From Candidatus Heimdallarchaeota archaeon (GTDB lineage: Archaea > Asgardarchaeota > Heimdallarchaeia > Heimdallarchaeales > Heimdallarchaeaceae): a DNA stretch of 64,000 bases. Shown one piece after another: positions 48,182 through 56,167 of this stretch (positions are counted from its first letter, which is position 1; each line of letters starts with the position of its first letter). The notes under the pieces are model-generated. The model was not told where the DNA came from. It was given only the letters and a program-made list of their open reading frames with translations, and made no database searches. Where the stretch lies: contig JAEOSZ010000055.1 of the NCBI GenBank assembly GCA_016840095.1, positions 19,471 to 83,470 on the forward strand, read 5' to 3'. The position numbers and the translations under genes were made by a program.

Positions 48182-49195
48182 TTGAGTAATTTGTCCATTC
48201 TTGATGAGGTAGCTCAAAAACTCAAAGTTTCTTCAGACCAAATAAAATTCAAGGGAGATTTAACAGGAACATCTACAGCAAAAGTTTCTGAAATTTCTTG
48301 GGGAAAAGATAAAGAAGGAATTTTAAAACAAAACACTACTAAAGAAGAATGGATAATCTATTCTACACTCGCTAAGAAATATAAGCTCCCTGTACCAAAA
48401 ATCAAAGCTATGTCAAAAACTAGTGAAGTTCCTTGGATACTGTTAGAAAAAATCCCTCAAAGTATTCATCCTAGAAATTGGGATAAATTTCATGTTGAGA
48501 AAGCCCTAAAAGAAGTAGCTAAAATCAATGCAAAATTCTATAATGATCCTATCCTTGATACACTCAAAGATCTTCCAATAGTTAATGAAGAAAACTGGAA
48601 TGATATAAAACGAAAACTTCAAGACAATATCAAGAAAGCATTGAAAATTGCAGAAAGCCATCAAGGTAAAACTCCTTTAACAAAAACTAATCTTTTGTCA
48701 GTCAGAAAGGATATCAATTCAAAAGATTTCTTGGAAAGATTTTTAGCTGCTGGTAGAACACTAATTCATGGAGGAACTTGGACTTATAATTTCCTTCAAA
48801 CATCATCAAAAGTTTATTTACTCGATTGGCAAGAGACTATGGTAGCTTCTCCTGCTTTAGATTTTATCTATTTCTATGATCTTTTACCTATTCATGCAGA
48901 AGGATTTCGTGTTAAATTAGTAGAGAGACCTTTTACACTGGATGAAATGCAAGAAATTTATTTCAAAGAACTAGAAAAAAATAATGTTAAGATTAGCAAA
49001 TCAAAATTTAAGACATCATTGAAAGCTTCAATATCCTTTCAAATTGCAAATCTATGGGCTCCTATGTTAAAACCTGATGTTATTCTATTAAGGGGTGGAA
49101 GATACTATATAGCTAGATCTTTAAGGCTCTGGCCTTCAAGAAAAACAATGCGACAACATTATTCTGATTTAATTGAAATTAGAAAACAAAAGTAA
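48182..49195 (+). CDS. APH/choline-kinase-like phosphotransferase
   Basis: ILKQ, LPVPKI, WILLEKI, TLIHGGTWTYNF (HGD changed to HGG), LLDWQ, PALDF. Confidence 0.7.
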   Translation: MSNLSILDEVAQKLKVSSDQIKFKGDLTGTSTAKVSEISWGKDKEGILKQNTTKEEWIIYSTLAKKYKLPVPKIKAMSKTSEVPWILLEKIPQSIHPRNWDKFHVEKALKEVAKINAKFYNDPILDTLKDLPIVNEENWNDIKRKLQDNIKKALKIAESHQGKTPLTKTNLLSVRKDINSKDFLERFLAAGRTLIHGGTWTYNFLQTSSKVYLLDWQETMVASPALDFIYFYDLLPIHAEGFRVKLVERPFTLDEMQEIYFKELEKNNVKISKSKFKTSLKASISFQIANLWAPMLKPDVILLRGGRYYIARSLRLWPSRKTMRQHYSDLIEIRKQK

Positions 49196-49268
49196 GAAAA
49201 TACATTCTTTATATAATTTAGTAAGGCTAGTCAATAAATCTTTTAAATTCACTCTCAAACTATCGCCA

Positions 49269-50348
49269 ATGAGTGAATTCATGGATATTCCAATCCTTTT
49301 ATGCAAAGAAGAAGAAAAAAAGCAGAAACCTGCAGATTCCGAACTAACTTTTGGAAAACTCTTTACTGATCATATGTTTTTCATGTACTATAGAGATGAG
49401 AAATGGCAAGACCCTAGAATTATTCCCTATCAATCGTTTGAAATGGACCCAGCATGTTCTGTTCTGCATTACAGTCAAGAAATCTTTGAGGGAATGAAAG
49501 CATTTCTTCACCCAGATGATTCAATTCACATGTTTAGACCTTATGAAAATGCTGAGCGAATGAATCTTTCAGCAGAGAGAATGTGTATGCCTAAAATCAA
49601 TAAAGATCTTTTTGTAAATGCAATAACCCAGCTTATTAGAGTAGACAAAGAATGGGTTCCTAGTTTACCTGGTACTTCATTATACATTCGACCAACAATG
49701 ATTGCATCTGAAACTTTCATAGGTTTAAGACCAAGTAATGAGTTCTACTTTTTCGTTATTTTAGCTCCTGTAGGACCATTCTTCAAAGATGGTTTCAATC
49801 CAACAAAAGCATATGTAGCTGCAGAAAGTGTAAGAGCAGCCCCTGGAGGAACTGGTGAAGCTAAAACAGGTGGTAACTATGCTGCTACTCTCTGTGAAAC
49901 TAACAAAGCTAGATCTTTAGGTTACCCTATGGTAATATGGTTGGACTCAATTGAAAGAAGATATGTTGAAGAAGGTAGTGGAATGAATATTATGTTTGTT
50001 ATAGATGGACAGCTTTATACTCCACCTCTTGGAGGAACAATTCTTCATGGTATAACACGAAAATCTGTTATAGAACTAGCACAAAAAATGGGGATTATAG
50101 TAAAAGAAGAACGTCTTGATATCAATACATTGATCGAAAAAATATCTAATAGTTCTTGTTCAGAAGCATTTTTTGTTGGAACAGCAGCTTCCATTACACC
50201 AATTGGTAAAATATATTTCAAAGGAACAGAATACGAGATCAACAATAATGATGTAGGAGAAATTGCTCAAAAACTCTATGATGAATTAGTAGGAATTCAA
50301 ACAGGTAAAATTCAAGATACATTCAATTGGACTTATAAAGTTGTTTGA
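49269..50348 (+). CDS. ilvE: Branched-chain amino acid aminotransferase
   Basis: FTDHM, LHYSQEIFEGMKA, YIRP, AKTGGNY, EEGSGMN, ILHGITR, GTAA. ATG 49269 preferred. Confidence 0.95.
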   Translation: MSEFMDIPILLCKEEEKKQKPADSELTFGKLFTDHMFFMYYRDEKWQDPRIIPYQSFEMDPACSVLHYSQEIFEGMKAFLHPDDSIHMFRPYENAERMNLSAERMCMPKINKDLFVNAITQLIRVDKEWVPSLPGTSLYIRPTMIASETFIGLRPSNEFYFFVILAPVGPFFKDGFNPTKAYVAAESVRAAPGGTGEAKTGGNYAATLCETNKARSLGYPMVIWLDSIERRYVEEGSGMNIMFVIDGQLYTPPLGGTILHGITRKSVIELAQKMGIIVKEERLDINTLIEKISNSSCSEAFFVGTAASITPIGKIYFKGTEYEINNNDVGEIAQKLYDELVGIQTGKIQDTFNWTYKVV

Positions 50349-50388
50349 TAAGAGAAAGAGTTAATTATACTCTCTCTTTCTAATTTTT

Positions 50389-50742
50389 GTGAATTCCATA
50401 CAAGAAATTACTAATAAAATTCTAGAATTTAGAGATGCTAGGGACTGGGAGAAATATCATACTCCAAAAAATCTAGCATTGTCCTTGATAGTAGAAATTG
50501 GTGAATTATTTGAATTAATTCAATGGCAATCCAATTCTGAGATTAAAGATGAACTAAGTAAAATTGAAGATTCTCTTGCTGATGAGCTTGCTGATGTAGC
50601 AATTTATCTCTTCTTACTCTCTCACGAACTGAATACTGACTTATATTCTGCAATTCTTAAGAAGATTGACAAAAACTGGAAAAAATACCCAATAGGATCA
50701 TTAACTGATGAAAAAATCAAATGGGGAAAAAATGATAATTAG
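50389..50742 (+). CDS. MazG-like nucleotide pyrophosphohydrolase (DCTPP1-like)
   Basis: FRDARDWEKYHTPKNLALSLIVEIGELFE, DELADV, NWKKYP. Confidence 0.92.
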   Translation: MNSIQEITNKILEFRDARDWEKYHTPKNLALSLIVEIGELFELIQWQSNSEIKDELSKIEDSLADELADVAIYLFLLSHELNTDLYSAILKKIDKNWKKYPIGSLTDEKIKWGKNDN

Positions 50743-51479
50743 GTTAATAAAGCGCCCCATCTTTTTGTTAAAACATAAGTGCGAATTCTACCACCTGCAT
50801 CATATTTTACATCAAAAAATTTGAGTTCAAGATTGTTAGCTATTTTCTCAAAGTTGACAATTGGTCTGTTTACTTTTTTCTTAAGAACCTTTGATTTAAA
50901 TGTCTTAACTACTTCCTTTGTTAAACTTATAGGATATAATAATGCTGACTTGGGATAAAATTCTCCTACAACAATTAGTTGGCCTTCTTTAGCAAGAACT
51001 CTTTTACATTCTTGTAGCAATTCCTGTTGAACAGCTTTTTCTAATCTTTTTAGAGCAAAAATAACAATTATATTTAGAAAAGGCCCTTGTTGAGTTTTTA
51101 GTTTTTCTAGATCAAAAACTTTTAAGTCAATTTTGGAGAGAGTTCTTTCATCTTTAACCTCTACTTTTGGACTAACATAAGATGACCCTGTTTCTCTAGC
51201 TATGACTCTTGGAACATGGTCAGTCATTTTTTCTGCAATTTTACCTATATTCTCTCCAATTATTAGTGTGGGACCTCTTCTTATTTTTTCTAGAATCCAT
51301 GCATGAATATCTGGTAAGAAAAGATCAATGTTTACAATTTCCTTTAATCTTGTAGTAACAGTATGAAGAGCATCAGGTTCTTGTTCTTCAGCTTTATCTG
51401 AAGTTTCTTCTAAAGAATCCTCTTCTGGTACGATTTTAGGTATGTCAGTAATTTTTGAATCTTCTTCCATTACACTCAC
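50739..51479 (-). CDS. Degenerate class I methyltransferase-fold protein
   Basis: LLQECKRVLAKEGQLIVVGE resembles the post-motif-II region; no clear GxGxG. Confidence 0.5.
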   Translation of the reverse strand: MSVMEEDSKITDIPKIVPEEDSLEETSDKAEEQEPDALHTVTTRLKEIVNIDLFLPDIHAWILEKIRRGPTLIIGENIGKIAEKMTDHVPRVIARETGSSYVSPKVEVKDERTLSKIDLKVFDLEKLKTQQGPFLNIIVIFALKRLEKAVQQELLQECKRVLAKEGQLIVVGEFYPKSALLYPISLTKEVVKTFKSKVLKKKVNRPIVNFEKIANNLELKFFDVKYDAGGRIRTYVLTKRWGALLT

Positions 51480-52144
51480 TTTTGAATTTTAGCTTGCCAT
51501 TCAAAAGATGCATCTATAATATCATTTTTTGTAGGTAAATCTTCTTCTTTTTGCCTTTTCAACATCTGGCAGAACTTCTCTATTTCATAGAAAACAGATC
51601 CAGAGATTCCAATATTCATGAGACTATCCTTTGTTTTTGTTAATAAAGCAGCAATGTCTTTGGCATTTTCTAGATTTACTCTCGAAATAATTGCTAATTT
51701 TTCTCTTAGTTTGATGATTTCCTCTTCTGGATTCAAGCTAACTGTCACATTTGATGCAAAACCAAGTCTTATCATTTCTAGAACCTTATTTTCTGCTTCT
51801 TCAAGTGAATTTAAGTCACTGCTTTGGAAGTAGATTGTAGCTAATCGAACAGCTATTTGTTTGAGAGCTACTTCAAGATCGGTTTCCTTAAGATCTGGAA
51901 TGTTATGTAGCAGACCCATTCTGATTAGAATCAAATCTCTGTTTTTCTTGGCATATGATTGTTCATTTTCTGTAATCTCTTTGATTGTATATAGTCGATT
52001 TACTAATGCAGAAAAACTTTCTAAATCCATATTAACTATGTCTTCTCTAGTTAGATAAGGTTTTATCTTTTCAATTATTTGCTTCCAAATAGGTTCTGTT
52101 TCATCATCGTCGAATATAGATTCTTCGTTAACAGAATTACTCAT
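51476..52144 (-). CDS. Hypothetical helical/coiled-coil protein
   Basis: 222-aa ORF coupled to the downstream gene, divergent from gelsolin. Confidence 0.7.
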   Translation of the reverse strand: MSNSVNEESIFDDDETEPIWKQIIEKIKPYLTREDIVNMDLESFSALVNRLYTIKEITENEQSYAKKNRDLILIRMGLLHNIPDLKETDLEVALKQIAVRLATIYFQSSDLNSLEEAENKVLEMIRLGFASNVTVSLNPEEEIIKLREKLAIISRVNLENAKDIAALLTKTKDSLMNIGISGSVFYEIEKFCQMLKRQKEEDLPTKNDIIDASFEWQAKIQK

Positions 52145-52256
52145 AAGGATTTTATCTGTTTAAAACTATTAAAATTTTACTAGATAAGCAACTTTCAAAG
52201 AAAATATTATTGCTGACTTCATAAATCTTTTAATTTGGTTCTGATTTCATTATACT

Positions 52257-52883
52257 ATGAACGTTTACCATGTTGTAAGAAAAAGGCTTATGCCGATGAA
52301 GGAGCCTTACAAATTTCTCAACGGAGATGTCTATTTAGCTGTAACAACTACTCACATTTGGATTTGGTTAGGTAAGAAATCTTATGCAGATGACAAAGCT
52401 GTAGGTGCTTGGACAGCTAAAGTTGTTGAGGAAGATAACAAAGATCTAATTATTAAAACTGTCATGGAAGGAGATGAACCTGATGAATTCAAGAATTTAG
52501 TCGACTTTCAAGTAGTTGAAGGTGATACACCTGGTTTCTTAAAACATTTTGAGAAGAAAATCGATATTGATTATAAGCTTCTTCAAATTATCCAAAAAGC
52601 TGATGGAACAATTCAAACTAAGGAGATTCCAATCAAGTATAAGAATCTCAAATCCAATGATGCTTTCGTTATTGATGCTTATGACGAAATTTACGTCTGG
52701 ATAGGCAAGAAATCACAAGTTAAAGAGAAATATGAAGCAGGTAAAATTGCTAGAGCTCTTGACGTTGAAAGAAAGAGACGTCCAGTTGTTTTTACAATAG
52801 AAGAAGATCAAGAGCCAAAAAATTTCAAAGATCTTGTTGAAACCATAGCTAGAGAAGATAAGAAGCTTGAAAAGAAAAAATAA
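52257..52883 (+). CDS. Two-domain gelsolin (Asgard 2DGel-like actin regulator)
   Basis: Two repeats: FLNGDVYL..IWIWLGKKS..EGDEPDEF and LKSNDAFVIDAYDEIYVWIGKKS..EEDQEPKNF. Confidence 0.9.
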   Translation: MNVYHVVRKRLMPMKEPYKFLNGDVYLAVTTTHIWIWLGKKSYADDKAVGAWTAKVVEEDNKDLIIKTVMEGDEPDEFKNLVDFQVVEGDTPGFLKHFEKKIDIDYKLLQIIQKADGTIQTKEIPIKYKNLKSNDAFVIDAYDEIYVWIGKKSQVKEKYEAGKIARALDVERKRRPVVFTIEEDQEPKNFKDLVETIAREDKKLEKKK

Positions 52884-52963
52884 TTTTCTTCAATCTTCTT
52901 TTTATAATTTTTTACACTTTTTCGAGAAAGATTAAAATATCTTGATTTTTTCCTTTTGGAAGT

Positions 52964-53593
52964 ATGACTATAGAACCATCAACGGGGGATAGTCTAGATG
53001 TCAATAAGCTAACTAGAGACCAACAGTTGTTATTGCATACTATAGATTATCTAACAAAATGGGTAAAGGGGGGAGACCACTATCTTCAAACAGATAGCGA
53101 AAAAGTATGGGTAAAGGAACTTCCTCTTTGGGCTGTAATATATTACCAAATTGTTAAAGGATCTTATGAATCCTATGATTATGCTCCAACTTCGATTCAA
53201 TTTTTTGGTCGCAGTAGTTTTACTGTAAACTTATCTTATGAAGGGGTAGATGACATAGAAGATCTTAGAGAATTAGAAATTTTAGAAAAAATCCGTTTAA
53301 GTACATCACAACATGGATTTGTTACTGCTTACAGAATTACTGAATTGGGATTCAAGTTTCTTGAGTTGATTCCTGAGGATGTTCGAGAAGAAGTGCATAA
53401 CTTGTTCTACTGTGAACACTGTAAAACTCATCTTGATTTCTTTATGAATATGGGTGATCATCCTGATATTAAGATTGATTGTCCAGAATGCGATGTTTCA
53501 GACTTTGAACTTGATTTTCTAGAAAGCGAAGATGTTAGTTACGTTTCGAAACCCTACTTCCTACGTATTGCTAAAAAGCTGGTGAGAGATTAG
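52964..53593 (+). CDS. Uncharacterised winged-helix-like protein with Zn ribbon
   Basis: WVKELPL, YDYAP, EGVDDIEDLRE, AYRITELG (wing), CEHC...CPEC, EDVSYVSKPY. Confidence 0.75.
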   Translation: MTIEPSTGDSLDVNKLTRDQQLLLHTIDYLTKWVKGGDHYLQTDSEKVWVKELPLWAVIYYQIVKGSYESYDYAPTSIQFFGRSSFTVNLSYEGVDDIEDLRELEILEKIRLSTSQHGFVTAYRITELGFKFLELIPEDVREEVHNLFYCEHCKTHLDFFMNMGDHPDIKIDCPECDVSDFELDFLESEDVSYVSKPYFLRIAKKLVRD

Positions 53594-55363
53594 ATGAGTG
53601 TCAATTCAAGCAACATTAAAGATGAACTATCAGAAATACTTTTTATAAAGAATCCAAAGGTTTTGGTTATTGAGTGGCTTCCATTTGATTCAAATCAATT
53701 GAGAGAATTGAACAAAAAACTTGATATTGAAAAGGGAGCTCACAAAACATTGCTAACTGGAATTATTGATGAATCACCCGATGTACCAATCTTCATGTCT
53801 AAAGGCCAACACACAAAGGTTCTAGTTAAAGACTTCAAACTTGATAGTTATGTTAATCTTGAGGCAGTAATAGATATTCCTGAAGAAGAAGGAATAGAAC
53901 AAATTGAAGAAATGGCAATGTTCATTTCAAAATCAGGATTTGTTGTTTATTCTTTGGATTTACAAGAAGTAGAAGGTCAGAGTGGGTTTATTTCTTTAGA
54001 CAAAATTTCTCGTGTAGTAGCAGATTTATCACAAGATAGCTCGAGAGTTATAGATAGCTTACTAACAGAATTTCAGCGTAATTTCACTAAAATAATCTTT
54101 GGAAATCCCATGCATAGACCAAAAACTATGTGTTACATTGCTGAAGATATCAATATTCGTCATGAAAATATATCAGATTATTGTGATGGAGAAGACTGTG
54201 AAATTGAATTAAGCCAACTTATTGGTGAAGGATTCGAAACATTTGAAGAGAATAAAGAAATCTTCTTCAAAGGTACTAGAGGAACCATTTCTATTATTGA
54301 AAACTTTACTGAAGATTGCGAATATCAAGTAACCTTTTGGGGAATCCAACATGCAATTAGTCACTTTGTTGACAGTTTCATGTCTCGAATATGGGAGCTC
54401 TATGATCAATCTAATAGTATCAAACTTCTTGTTGATGAAGCTGTAAAAGGTAACACAGAAGCATTAAACAGCGTTCAAGAGCAAATTACTCTTCTGACAA
54501 GTACTATTAGTCTTGTAAGCCAAATCCAAGAATTCCTAAAAGACTCAACGTTTGATTTACTTCAAATCTATAAGGAAAATGGCATATCAAATTTGAAAGA
54601 TTTCTATGAGGTAGAAAAGGGATTGAATATAGCAAGAGATAGAGTTAAGGAAGCTAATAAGATCATTAATGGCTTATTAACAGAACTTGAAGGAATTAGA
54701 AATTACATAAGTACTCTATCGGAGTTTCAAATGAGAAATATGTCAAAAACTATGACTCGAAATACAAAAAGTATGAATCAAGTCCTACAAGCTAATACGA
54801 GAACAGGAGAAGCAATCGATATGATTGAGTTAATACTAGCAGGAAGTATCATTCTAGAGATTGTTGCGTTTGCTATAGGTGAAATAGGTTCAGATCAAAC
54901 AATCTTTAAAACAATAATTGAAGGAGGAACTTTAGTTAAGGAGCAAATAGTGACACTACTTCTTTTTTTGATAAGTATTTTTGCATGGGTTGGAATAGTA
55001 TTATACTTGCGTTGGAGCAAAAAGCGAATGGAGCGAAAAGCACTCAAAGATTTCGTAATAACCATGACTCTCAATCGAGACATCAATGTAGATATGATAG
55101 AAAACTATCTACTTGAAAAAGAGATACTTACAAAACATGTAGAATTTGATAAAGATAATACTATAGTAACTTTAGTCTTAGACATTAGTAAAGACCCAGA
55201 TTTGACAGAACTTGATGTTGAATATGTTAGTGTATCATACAATGAAACAAGTGCTTTATTATTGAGTATTGAAATAGAAACAGCTCAAGTAGAAACCGAT
55301 CAGAAAGAAATGCTTGAACTTATATTAAAGGATATGAAATTATCAGGTGTTATTGAGAACTAA
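53594..55363 (+). CDS. Uncharacterised protein: alpha/beta domain, long helices, 2 TM, small C-terminal domain (CorA-like topology)
   Basis: Starts on the base after the upstream TAG; GGTGA at 53581-53585; TMs ILAGSIILEIVAFAI and LLLFLISIFAWVGIVLYL; no GMN motif. Confidence 0.75.
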   Translation: MSVNSSNIKDELSEILFIKNPKVLVIEWLPFDSNQLRELNKKLDIEKGAHKTLLTGIIDESPDVPIFMSKGQHTKVLVKDFKLDSYVNLEAVIDIPEEEGIEQIEEMAMFISKSGFVVYSLDLQEVEGQSGFISLDKISRVVADLSQDSSRVIDSLLTEFQRNFTKIIFGNPMHRPKTMCYIAEDINIRHENISDYCDGEDCEIELSQLIGEGFETFEENKEIFFKGTRGTISIIENFTEDCEYQVTFWGIQHAISHFVDSFMSRIWELYDQSNSIKLLVDEAVKGNTEALNSVQEQITLLTSTISLVSQIQEFLKDSTFDLLQIYKENGISNLKDFYEVEKGLNIARDRVKEANKIINGLLTELEGIRNYISTLSEFQMRNMSKTMTRNTKSMNQVLQANTRTGEAIDMIELILAGSIILEIVAFAIGEIGSDQTIFKTIIEGGTLVKEQIVTLLLFLISIFAWVGIVLYLRWSKKRMERKALKDFVITMTLNRDINVDMIENYLLEKEILTKHVEFDKDNTIVTLVLDISKDPDLTELDVEYVSVSYNETSALLLSIEIETAQVETDQKEMLELILKDMKLSGVIEN

Positions 55364-55426
55364 CGCCTTATTCCTTTTTCTATATTCAGTTAGCTTTAAT
55401 TATGAGAAGCAATTTATTTTCTTGTA

Positions 55427-56167
55427 ATGTCAAAGAATAAGACAAAAATCTCAATTGACACAAAGGAACTTGTAAAAGATTTTACTCTTCCTGGAGGAGA
55501 AATTGTTAATGTTCTAACAGGTGTCGAGATGAAAATAAAGAAAGGTGAATTCATCGCTATAATGGGTCCTTCTGGAAGTGGAAAATCTACTCTTCTGAAT
55601 ATTCTTTCCACTCTTGAAAGCATTACAGAGGGTGAAGTTTTTGTTGCAGGTATTGATTTGAGTGAAACTTCCTATAAAGAAAATCTAGATATTCGAAGAA
55701 CAAAGACATCAGTAGTTTTTCAGAACTTCGCGTTAATTCCCTATCTTACAGCTATTGAAAATGTCAAGTTACCAATGAAATTAAGAAAAATTCCAGAGCT
55801 TGAAGCTGAGAAGAGAGCAATATCTTATCTAGAATCTGTTGGATTGTATGCTAGATTGGATCACTTACCTGAAGAGCTCTCTGGTGGAGAGCAACAAAGA
55901 GTAGCAATTGCACGAGCTTTAGCACATGATCCTGCAATCATTTATGCAGATGAACCCACTGGGAATCTTGATACTAACAGTGGAAGTGAGATTATTGAGC
56001 TTTTCAAGAAACTTACAACCAAAGAAAAAATCACCATTATAATGGTAACTCATGATACTGAATGTGCTAAAGAAGCAGATAAGATTTTCATTTTGCAGAA
56101 AGGCAAGATAGTTCAAGAACATACTTTAGCTACTTCTAAGAAGAGCAAAAAGGAGGGGAAGAAATGA
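55427..56167 (+). CDS. ABC ATP-binding protein (MacB/LolD family)
   Basis: [46 protein letters not shown]. Confidence 0.95.
   Translation: MSKNKTKISIDTKELVKDFTLPGGEIVNVLTGVEMKIKKGEFIAIMGPSGSGKSTLLNILSTLESITEGEVFVAGIDLSETSYKENLDIRRTKTSVVFQNFALIPYLTAIENVKLPMKLRKIPELEAEKRAISYLESVGLYARLDHLPEELSGGEQQRVAIARALAHDPAIIYADEPTGNLDTNSGSEIIELFKKLTTKEKITIIMVTHDTECAKEADKIFILQKGKIVQEHTLATSKKSKKEGKK

Noticed and set aside
53594-55363. Calling this gene corA
   Set aside because: Topology is similar, but the GMN signature is absent and there is an extra C-terminal domain.
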